A stretch of 64,000 bases of DNA from contig JBEWZL010000216.1 of NCBI GenBank assembly GCA_045837725.1, forward strand, positions 124,001 through 188,000, given 5' to 3'. This document shows, in pieces, positions 28,608 through 40,022 of this stretch (position 1 is its first letter; every line of letters starts with the position of its first letter). The notes beneath the pieces are model-generated. The model did not search any database. It saw only the letters and a list, made by a program, of their open reading frames with translations, and had not been told where the DNA came from. This stretch comes from Vermamoeba vermiformis (taxonomy: Eukaryota). The translations under genes were made by a program, and so were the position numbers.

Positions 28608-28914
28608 TTTGGGCTTCGATTGTGTGGTCTTCTAAATCTAAAACGAACAGATTTGGCGGATTCATTTTTTGCTCCAACTCGCTCAGCTACGCATTCTGCC
28701 GAATGTAATCACCATCCGAGGCGGTATCATCAGAAAAAATGGGGAATATTATGCGATCACACATACTTTCTCAGAGTTAGGCTCGGAATCATGAGACGTT
28801 TCAACCGTCCCTTGCGTCTCATTCGATTAAATGCATTTCATGAGTTCTAAATAGCCGCAAGATTTTATTTACATGAGATACATTGATTATATACAAGTTT
28901 AAGTGATATTCGCT

Positions 28915-29328
28915 TTAATTCTGGGTTTCTAGCTTCAGATCAGGATCCGAGGGCATTAGAAAAAGGTAAAGCGAAAGGAAAACGCCAGTTACTATTGTTA
29001 GATGAGTAAGGTACCACAGAATGAAGATTCTAACGGGCAAGAAGTCGGCATCATCCGAGCACATGGCAAAAGCACCAACGCAACAAAATCGATCGCGGCA
29101 ACTGATCGGCACGCCATCAACTCCGCGATCTTTAAATACGTTGAATAATCTTATTTCAGTCAATAAGATCTCGGTTTCGCTTAGATAGCCTTTTGTTCTC
29201 TTCACTAACTTTATTGCAAAGTAGATCGTGATTGCGACCAAATAAAGTACGTAGAAGATCAATAGAAGCAACGGAGGTAAAAGCCTAGGGTCCATATTAT
29301 TATCTTCAGTAGCTTTTGAGGTGTTCAT
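28915..29328 (-). CDS. Hypothetical small intronless membrane protein (2 TM)
   Basis: Open frame from ATG 29328 with two long hydrophobic stretches. No family recognised. Confidence 0.4.
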   Translation of the reverse strand: MNTSKATEDNNMDPRLLPPLLLLIFYVLYLVAITIYFAIKLVKRTKGYLSETEILLTEIRLFNVFKDRGVDGVPISCRDRFCCVGAFAMCSDDADFLPVRIFILWYLTHLTIVTGVFLSLYLFLMPSDPDLKLETQN

Positions 29329-30663
29329 TGTGGCCGTCAATTAACAATAAAACTGAAATGCACCGTAATAAATTTTGTGACGGCCGCAAACAATATGAAG
29401 GGTCCGCAGACGGGACAGATCCGCCTTTCGCGAAAAACTTTCATACTTAGCCAATTGCATAAGGAAACACGCTCCAAAAGTCATATTAGGGGACGTACCT
29501 TGGGACTAAATTAATTGTAAAGTGTCATATCACCCTGTCAAAATCGATTTACGCATGACGTTCCATCAATTTTACGGCGCTGGGAAACCATTAAGTCCCC
29601 GAAAATATAGAACCGCCTATGAGTCTCGAGCTCTTAATACGGACACAAAACCTTTAAACTTGTGTGCCAACCTGGATCAGATTCGGAATTCAAAAAAAAT
29701 TCAGGCAGATTGCTTAAGTATAATGGCTATTATACGATCAAACGATCAGCTATCCTCGTGAAGTTAGGTTCAAAATGAACCTGGCAAATGTTGTCCTGCA
29801 AAGTGACGTGAAGTCTCTTCGATTGATTAAAATGTGACATTTTAGACTATTTCGGGCTATAATCCTAATAAAATGGCTTGAACTTAAGATAAAATAATTT
29901 GGTCCAATCAAATACGGCTAAGTAAAGGTAGGCAAAGTCTAAATTGCAGAGAGGACCACAAGGCAAGTGATTTTTAGTCTTGTTGGGCTTTTTACACACT
30001 TGACAGGCAGTGACAAATCCGTAATTTGCGATAGTAAACGACAAGATACAAAGTTTTTGGCTACGGAGAGTACCCTTGATATTTTGAGGTACACCCGGCC
30101 TAAAAACTTCCAACGTTAAATTTGCGATCTGGAATGAGTTCCCAAAAAAAAGGCATCATGATGCCAAATTCCACAAGACTGAAAATTCACTTGACTTGGC
30201 TATAGCGAAGCGTAAAGTGTCAACTGATGTCACGTGTCATCTGTCATTCTGCATTCGCTGGGAAAAAACAATTCATTCAAGGAAAGGCCACTTCGAGACC
30301 AAAAGTCCCCCACCAGAATTCGAGCTATTTCGATCTGGATGCAACAGCTAGATGCTGTCGCATAGCAAACTTTTGATCGATAGGTAACCAGAGGTTTTAT
30401 ACGAAAAATTGTCATCGTATTAAACTAAAATTGCAATTAGATCTAGCTAACCGGACCACGAGTAAATTTTTAATTTTTCGACGGTTTCTAAATATAGCAG
30501 AAAGATTTTCAATATTGTGTCATGTATCTTAACTATGCAATAAGCAAACAAGGCTTTAGGCGGCGTAACGTAAAGATTTAAAATGCGGAGAAGTTTCGGG
30601 CCCACGAAATTTTATCGTTGGACTTTTAGTTCTAATACTGAATTATGAAGAATACTAACGAAA

Positions 30664-33440
30664 ATGAAAATACACATATGGCAGTGCATTTGGCTATTGG
30701 TATCGGTCGTATTGGTAAGTGGATGGACGACTGGATCAGCGGCATCCGCTTTTCATGACTTTATTTCATGTAATATTGCTTGTAAATTATACTAATAATT
30801 CACGAAATTCAAGTTATTATAATTAAACTTAAATTCGTTTCAAAAGAAATTTAATTTAGGACGGATGCGATCCCATGTGTCGGTTTACAAAAATTAATAT
30901 TTCTATTCTAGGCCATTACTAGCACTGTAAATGCTGATCAAAAGAATATTTACCTTGTATACGACTCTCCAGCTTATTGTGACGTAGATATTTGCCCTCA
31001 ATCTGGTCTCAGTCCGGTAAGTGCCTACAAATACCCGTTTAAATTAATATCAATATTTATAGTCATATTTATTATATTAATAAGCTTATGCCATATCAAA
31101 GCTATAAAATTATTAATTTGTGTTACCTCGATCAAAGTGGAACGTTACAATAGGCACGAACGATCTTGCCGTAGCAACCGTCCTACCAGGCACAACTACG
31201 CCTATATTATGTTGCGTATTACCATTGGATATGTTGAAAACAGAAAAAGTTTCGATCGGGCAGCTACAAACAGTGTCGATTGATTTTTATCGCGAAGTAG
31301 ACTACGGTAAGAGCAAAATAAATATTATGATATTATTTTACTAATATTAATTAGGACTTGCGGTCGTTTCAAGGCAGATTTTTAATGCTGGTTACGGATT
31401 TGCTATTTTGGATAATCAAGCCAGTGTAGTTTACACAGATAATACTACAGATACCTCTACTACCGATAATAACCTTGTACCTGAAACTTCCAGCGTATTG
31501 TAAGTAATATAATCCTATAATTAATAACATTAACGATGTTCTAATGTCAGATCGAAAACTTACAATATTCCTGCCGGATCTATTCCACAAAACGCTTCTG
31601 CTTTGCTTGTCGCTTATGCCGTATTTAGTAGACAAGTAATAGAGAGGCCTATAGTCACATGGCAAAACGCTACAGCAAGACTTCAATTTGAAACGTGTAC
31701 GTAATGTGTTTTTTTTCCGCTGCGCACCACCAGATCCACTAACATTTTTTCCGCTTAGCAATTGTCGATACGGCCAATCAAGATACTAGACTTGCACTAG
31801 GTCTCGGCATAGCACTCGGCGTGGGTGGTGTAGTCGGGTTAGGCATTATGACTATCTTCGTGATCCGCATGAAGAGGCGCGAGAAAAAATTGAAAAAACA
31901 AAACGCGAGCAATAAGACCGTAGAAATGGACGGAGTTAAAAAAGTTTTGGATAAAAACGTTGGACCTGACCCAGAGAACGGAAAATATACATCGATTAGT
32001 ACCGACAAAAGTACTTCACCTAATACAACGACCGGATCTGGCTCCGGAGGCAATTATAACGAATTACCGAGCTTAAATCCGATCGCTGAATCTTCTACAG
32101 GTACCAAATCTTTGCTGAAATTCCACGACTAAAATCGCTGAAGTATTTTTTCAAGCAGATCTCGCTCGCCCAAGCAACTTGAATGATCGATTCAACATCC
32201 CGTACAGGGAGATTTCATTCAAGCGCGAGATTGGAGCAGGAGGATTCGGCAAAGTGTTCATGGGTGAATGGCAAAGCACTGAAGTTGCCATCAAAGTCAG
32301 CAACACGATTGCAGCGTACGAGGAGTTCAAAAAAGAAGCGGAACTCATGGTGTAAGTACAAATTATGATTCATGAACGATGACACGTGTCAAAAGATACT
32401 TTCGTGCGTTTTTAAGAAAATTATTTGGATTACCTGAACTTTCGGCACTGTTGGAGCGAATCATTTTCCTTTGACACGTGTCATGAAATTTCACTTCGCG
32501 ACATTGCGGTGACTAACACTTATTTTGACAGTAATATTCGACCTCATCCTAATGTGCTGCAAGTGCTTGGTGTCAGTACCGATGGACCTTCACCAGCGAT
32601 CATCATGGAGTACTGTCCTGGAGGCAGTTTGGATCTGCTTTTATTTGACAAATCAAAGCCAGTGACCGCAGAATACCAGTTCAGATTGATTCTTGGCATT
32701 GCACGAGGAATGCTTCATTTGCATAAGAACAACATTGTTCATCGTGATCTCGCTGCCAGAAACATCTTGGTACGAATTGTGATACCATAATATGAAAGAA
32801 TACTATTGTTACATTTACAATTATCATTTGCGAATGCAATTATAGTAATGTTTTGTAACAGCTGTCGCGGGATGGAGAACCGAAGATCTCGGACTTTGGA
32901 ATGTCTCGTATTATCGAGTCTACAATTAAAGAAGGCACTACTAAAACAAATATAGGACCTATTCGATGGATGGTAAGCTTATCGAAAGAGTTTAATTAAA
33001 GTGACACTTTGTGACACGTGTCATGTTCATTCATTAACGTGTCACTTTTTTTTTCAACAAGGCGCCAGAATCGTTGAAGAACAAAAAGTATAGCACAAAG
33101 TCCGATGTATGGACATTTGGAATTGTTTTATCGGAAATATTGAATAGAGAAGAGCCGCATAAGGGCACTGAAGACGTTATTGAAGTCGCTGTACAGATCC
33201 GAACAAACTTTTTGACGCCTCAGATCCCGGACAATACGCCAGCGGTTATTTCGGATATTATGAAAGAATGTTGGGCACCTAATCCAGAGGATCGACCCGT
33301 AAGTCTAATATTGGAATCGTTAATTAATAGAATATACTTTAAGAGATCCGCTCCGTTAACATATTAAAATTTTTCTATTTTAGGAAATGGAACAGATCTG
33401 CGAGAAACTTATTCAGTACAAAGAGAAGAACAACTTGTAA
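30664..33440 (+). CDS. Single-pass receptor kinase 4 (most divergent ectodomain)
   Basis: Signal MKIHIWQCIWLLVSVVL, TM ALGLGIALGVGGVVGLGIMTIFVI. Kinase exons are nearly identical to kinases 1-3. Confidence 0.9.
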
Positions 33441-33559
33441 TATAGCACTAACTTATTTAATGTACATTGATAAAACAGTATTTACAATGAAAAAACTCGA
33501 TCTCGAGAACAACTAACTATTTCAAAATTTCATTTGTTCGTAATTACTATTATAGTATA

Positions 33560-35036
33560 TTACGGACTAGCACTGGGTATATTTTGCAATGACGCATCGG
33601 ATTTTAATTCCACGGTGCCAGTAGCGCTAGATTGCTGAGTTTTAGATTTATGCGAAGACGATGAATTCGGTGCCAAGACTCTTCGTCTATAAACGCCTAG
33701 GACTACTAAACAATATGACGCTTCTACTGCTCGTTCAACAAAGTCCGCTGCTATAGTGAACGCATCTCTTTGATCGCGTACCGCCAAAACGATGACGAAT
33801 CCGACTACAATTATAGTTACTAAAATCACCGCAATGCTGCTCATAATAGCCAACGAGGTCATCTATAGTATTATATGTCAATAAGGCGTTTATATATTAA
33901 TATTATATATACCTTTCTAATCACGCGTTTTCTGTCTTTATCAACGTCTTGGAACAGCTTCAATTGTTTTCGCACTTTGTAACCGAAATAAAGCAAGAAA
34001 GTTCCGGTTGTAATGCCAATAACGAATAAATAGCAAAAATAGAATATATGATAGCTGGATCTCGCTGGCTCCGAGATGTATTGCGGCAAGCTTGCAATCA
34101 CATCTCGTACGAATTGGACCAAAAATGTCAGAATCATGACGAATATCAATCTCTTTTGCACTATAGTGATAAATACTCTTCGTTGAGGCTTCGCGTGCAA
34201 ATAGGCGTCAATCCTAATTAGGCAAGTTAAAATTTTGAAATTTCATGATCCGGTACGAAATGACATACCAAATGTACATTATAGAGAACTGAATGTATAA
34301 ATACGACGTAACACCTAATCCGAGGAGTATGTTGCCGACCACTAATATTAAAAATTATTTAGGGAATTTTACATATTAATTGCGGATCCAATTAAAATCA
34401 AAAACACAGTACGTACTCTCGGGTATGACTTGTATATATCCATACTGATACATTGCAAGATAAAGAACTCGTACTATATTATAATATGTTAATAAAGCCC
34501 GTTATAAGCAATCAATATTCTGGATGTCAACTTACCTAATCCCAAAAATCCAACGATTGAATAGATCATTAACGTATAGCGATTGATATCTTTTATTTTG
34601 CCATTAGCATTCTTGACCTATATGAATCGAATCGTTAGCCTACGAGTCAAAAATTTGTAAACAAAATCAAAATTTAACGCGGGATTCGTCGATCCGCCGC
34701 CCCCGCCGAGAATGATTTAATACATTCGCAAATATGAAACTGTATTATTATACACGTATTGAATATAATATTTACCATTAATCCAATTTCCGTTACAGCC
34801 CAGACTAGAATCGCGAGGAATACGAGCGAGAAGAAAATTATTTGAAACATAAAGTAGATCCAGGTAGAGTCTGTTTGCGCATAAGCGAATATAGAGCAAT
34901 CTATGCCTAGATAATTCGTTTGACATGAACAAACTCCAATTTCAGTTGCGCAGTACCCAGTCGAGGCACATCCGTCAACAACGCAATTGAATGTTGAGTT
35001 GGTTGGATCTGGAGCTTCAAATACACTAGGCTCCAT
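33560..35036 (-). CDS. EGF-like + 7TM membrane protein A
   Basis: N-terminal six-Cys module CVVDGCASTGYCATEIGVCSCQTNYLGIDC, about seven hydrophobic helices over 6 exons, and a Ser-rich C-tail. Confidence 0.75.
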
Positions 35037-35920
35037 TGATTATGCTCGTGTGTAATAGATTTGCGTTAAAAAAATAAAAAATAATGAAAACGGCACGATT
35101 TTCGGCTGCTGACTTGTGTAACGCATAAATTCACATTAATTTGACAGGCCGAGACGCCGAAAATTATTTCGCCGGGTGGCATTTCATATAGTAAGCTAAT
35201 ATTGTGGTGCTTAATAATAAAAAGAACGATATTTCGTAACAATTATACAATGACAAACAAGTAATTTGAAACAATGCAAATTTGATCCAGATGCTGCACA
35301 ACGCAATAAGGAAAATAGATCTTGGCCTTCAATTATAATAAAATAAAAATATCATAGCATAAATTACATAACGTTTAAAGTGACGTTCTCTGGCGCCAGA
35401 GAAATGAAAGGGTAGATTCGATTTAATGAATAAAATTTATTCGCAATTCATCCTTGGAGAAAAAATTGACAGCCTGCGCCGTTAGGCCATATTACTAATT
35501 ACTAATTTTAGGACCGAATTTGGCAATAATAACGCTAGGGTAAACATCTACTACTTACAGATTCCACATCTCACCGGTTTGAAGGCCTTTCCATTATTTG
35601 ATTGTCCTAAGGTGTTCTCAAAAAATTGTTGAACATTAAGCATTAATTTTGCATCGCTTTTGCCCGTGCTGTTTCGTGTCATTGCAATTAGAAAAATGAA
35701 TCAAAAAATTACAGTCGTTACAAACCGCGAAACAAAAGATATTTCTTATTTAATAGAATACGAGCCACTAGAACAGGGTCCATATATGGAAAACGCAATT
35801 ATCCTTCTTGAAGCTTGCTTGCTTGTCGAAAGATTTTGGATGTCGATATTGCAATAATAAATTGTTTTCGAAGTTTGTTTTTAATGCTATGATACTTAAA
35901 CTATATACAATACATTGACA

Positions 35921-37652
35921 TTAAGCACTAGTTTGTGCAGCAGCCGGAGATTCTTTGTGCATTTCAACGGCGGTAGCGGTTCCGGTGGTCGGGCTCGAGG
36001 TGTGATTCGACGAGGATGAACTCGGAGCCATGACACGTGTTCTATATACTCCTAATATTACTAGACAATAGGTGGCCTCTACTGCACGCATCAATGGACT
36101 CGCGATAATAGTGCTCAGTTCTGTGTCTCTTCCAGTGAACGTAACTACGATCAACGAAACGAGAAGAAAAACGACTAAAATCAATACGATACTGCTCGTA
36201 ATGGCCAATGCATTCATCTATAAAATTAATTGTTAATATAATATGCAAACTATATAAAATACGTAAACGCGGAACGCACAATGGTCGCCGCCGAACTTTT
36301 GCTAGATCCGGCTCCGCTTTCGAAATTGCACAAACAATTTTGAAATTGAAAACTATTATGATCCGATCACTAAAGAGACTTCGTATTGTCAAATTGATTT
36401 TGATGTCAACAGAAAGCATCAAAACTAAGGTTTACGGATCTAGATCCACGGTTATTTTTGCAATATATACCATTTGTGATTTTAAATTAACGTTTCAAAT
36501 TAATTAAATAATTTAAACGACTTACCCTTCTAATCAATCTTTTTCTACTCCTATCAATATCTTTGAACAACTTCAATCGTCTTTTGACGCGGACTCCAGC
36601 GACCAAAAGTGACACACTTGTGACAGTAGCAACCACAAACATGTAACAAAAATAAAACGCTTCCATTCCTTGTCTCGATTGTGCGGGTAATTGTGGCAAA
36701 CTAACAATGACGTCACGTGTCACTTGGACTGCAAATGTAAGTATGATCATGACGAACGTTCTTTTTTTCAAGATTTGAATTAATCGCTTTGGGTTTGGCT
36801 TTGTATGCAGATACGCATCAAGCCTATATTATATAAATTAACAATTAGTAATGCCTTTGAACTCACGGAAAAGAAAGCCGGTATTTCCTAATTTGGAAAT
36901 TTCGCGGATCCGCTTCTCGGCGATGTGCATACCATATATAAGCTATAGTAAACTGTACAAACATATACGCTGATATTCCTAAGCCGTGTATAATAGTACC
37001 GGCCACTAAAGACAGTTATTAGTAAATTTCGTTGGATGTCGAAATGTTCTGTGAATTTGCTTACTACTGGGAACTGCTAACACACGTCCTTCTTGATATA
37101 ATAGTATGTATATTAAACGGTCTATAAAGATATTTCGTTAATAAATATCCCGAAGGTATACGGAAGCGAAATTGTTTCTTACCGAGTCCCAAAAATGCGA
37201 TTACAATGTAGATCTGCAACGTGAACTTATTTATCTCTTTTATTTTGCCGTCAGCTCGCTTAGCCTATATAATAATAACATTAATATGCTTGTAAATTTT
37301 TCTTAAGCAAAGCTTAGCGGATCTAGAAAGTCCGTTTCAGTTACAACTTATTTATGTGCTCCGATTGCTTTAATATGCTCTATATATAATATTTAGACTA
37401 TAGACTTACCATTAATATTATTTCGATGATCGCCCAAATCATTAGAGTCGCAAATACTAGCGAGAAAAACACCATCTGGAAAATGAACCAGGTCCAAGTG
37501 CCCTCTGAAGCTTCATATATGAATAGGGAGCAGTCTTCACCGGCAAATCCATTTCGGCATACACAAGATCCGTCATCGGCACAAAATCCAGCGAGGGCAG
37601 CACATCCGTCGATTATGCAATTGAAAGTCGAGTTCAAACTTTCGGGCTGCAT
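35921..37652 (-). CDS. EGF-like + 7TM membrane protein B (paralogue)
   Basis: Same exon structure as A. CIIDGCAALAGFCADDGSCVCRNGFAGEDC, and the conserved YCLVILGVYR in the last TM. Confidence 0.75.
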
Positions 37653-38255
37653 GGTCGTTAATATAAAATATAATTAATAATGAAATTCGTGCGAGTATTC
37701 TACCCGACAACAAAAGCACAACGTGTGCACCGTAATTTCGCTGTTACGATTTTAGTAAAAATACGGAGAATAATTTGCATAATTTCGCCGTTTGTCCTAA
37801 AATACTTTCGAGTTGGTATAACAGAACTAACTTTCTATCCTAATTTAAGTTCGTATGAAAATTCGAAATTAAATCCGCAATTAAATCTGTGTAAAGAGGC
37901 TTACAGAGGTAAAACTTCATTTTAACAATTAATATTTTTGAAATAATATTTGTACCTATTAATTATCGCCTAGAAAAGCCAGGTATTAATTTTCCTTCTG
38001 GTTTGCTACGCATCCAAAGATTCTGTGGGGGAATTAAGGTAAGTTTGCAATGCTATATATTCATTTATCAATATCAATACGCTAGTGTTGTTAAGCATGT
38101 TGAAACGAGACAAATATAGCAGTAATTTTGAATTAATTTTATTTTGTTCCGCAATTTGAGCTATTTACAGCTCATCCTATTTACAATGTTCATTAAATAC
38201 AATATTATAGTACTATACATTATTCAGCTTAATACAAGCTTCCAATATCACGAAA

Positions 38256-39744
38256 CTAATCTTCCGTTGTAGTAGCAGATTTGGTGTTTGGCAGAGCAAC
38301 ATCAGTTCCGCTTCGAGTTCTAATTTTGTCCGTATTAATATCGACTTTAGAAGTAGCGTGAGTAAAGTTGGTGTTTTTAGAGATTGAGTTCGAAGATCTT
38401 TGAGCCAGTACGCGAGATCTGTAGACGCCTAAAATGACCAAGCAATACATCATCTCGACTACTCGTAAGGTGAAATCACTAGCTACTACTAAATTAATGC
38501 TTAATCTTCTCGCTACAGCGAATGCAAGCAGAACCACGGCGGTGACTAATACCAATGAAATAGATACGGCATTAGCAACCACGAGAGAATTGATCTGGTA
38601 GTAATATTCGGTTAATTAATATTTCTTCGTATTATGCTTTTATTTTCTTACCCTTTTAATCGTCCGCTTATTAATTTTACTGACGCCTTTGAAAGTTTTG
38701 AGTTGCCTTTTAACTTTAGTTCCGTAGACCAGCAGAAAAATGCCAGAGGATATGCCTACAGTAAAAAAGAAGCAAAAGAAAAATATTTCGATGCCTGCTT
38801 TCGAAACTATAGGCACTTCGGGAATACTTCGAACCACATCCCGTGTAAGCTCAACTAAGAGCAGCAGAATCATCCAACCTAGCAGCGACCGGCGAAGAAT
38901 AGTTATATGCTTCGTTGCATCAGACTTCGTATGAATATAAGCGTCCATCCTAAAAGATCCGTTAGTCGATCAGTCAACCAGATCTCTAATCTTGCTTACC
39001 AAATGTACATAATCGAAAATTGAATATATAGCAAGAACGTAATCGGTAGACCCGAGAGAACATTGCCAGCCACTACAATTTTTTCATAAGTAAGCGAATA
39101 TAACTTACTTTCTATAAAAGGAAAAACTGTACTAATGGTAAAATTTGTTTTTACGTACTGACGGGAACTTCTACCGCTAGTCCATACTGCACTACAGTCA
39201 AATAAATCACCCTAACTAATAAGAAATGCGTTAGAAATCCGTTCTAGTTGTCCAGATCCGTTTCCGTACAAACTCCAAGCAGAACAATAGATCACAAGAG
39301 TGTACAAGTTAATTTCTTTTCTATTCCCGTTAGCTTTTTTAACCTATCGGACAAATAATTAGGCACTTTTTGCTGTTTGAATAATTTTTAGATCTGGTAC
39401 AAAATTGGATTGCTCGCATCCGCTAACAATATGACAAAATACTTAGTAACTCGTAGATTTTACTCCTAATACTATATTGAAATCTCGTTCAACAACTTAC
39501 CATAAGTGCTATTTCAACTGCAGCCCAGATCGCAATTGTCGCGAAGACAGCGGAGCAAAAGACGAGGTGAAAGATGAAGAACTGCCATGTGCCCTCTGAA
39601 TGAGCATAGACGAACTCAGAACAAGTGTCTCCGATCCATCCTGGCCTACAGATACACAAATCAAATGTTGTATCGCAATAACCCGTATCAGCACATCCGC
39701 TAGCAACTGTAGATTGTTGAATTAGAAATATCACTAGGCTGCAT
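38256..39744 (-). pseudogene. EGF-like + 7TM paralogue C, apparently disrupted by two frameshifts
   Basis: The ATG frame MQPSDISNSTIYSC hits TAG at codon 15, while the EGF continues in another frame. Exon 2 also shifts frame before its donor, relative to paralogues A and B. The later exons are intact. Confidence 0.7.
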
Positions 39745-40022
39745 GGTGGTCTCTATAGACAAATAAAATACAAATGAGAATTAATTTAACCGCTGCTTTT
39801 CACATGTTTTTGTTCCAAATAAAATTTAACGACAAGTTCGTATTCCGAAATATACCAATAGCGGAATATTCTAAAGATAGAGCTAACGGCACAAAAAATT
39901 AAGAATTGTATATTGTACGTAATTACAATTACTACGCATTCCAAACGCCGAATTTTAAGCTCCGTTCGAATCTACAAAACAACTTTAGGTCGGAAGTCAT
40001 TTACTTTGGCAAATAATACGCG

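Noticed and set aside
19030-32348. Repeated antisense ORFs (MSSASLRNS...PMNTLPNPPAPISR) over the kinase exons
   Set aside because: These are shadow frames of the near-identical kinase exons. Their recurrence follows from sense-strand paralogy.
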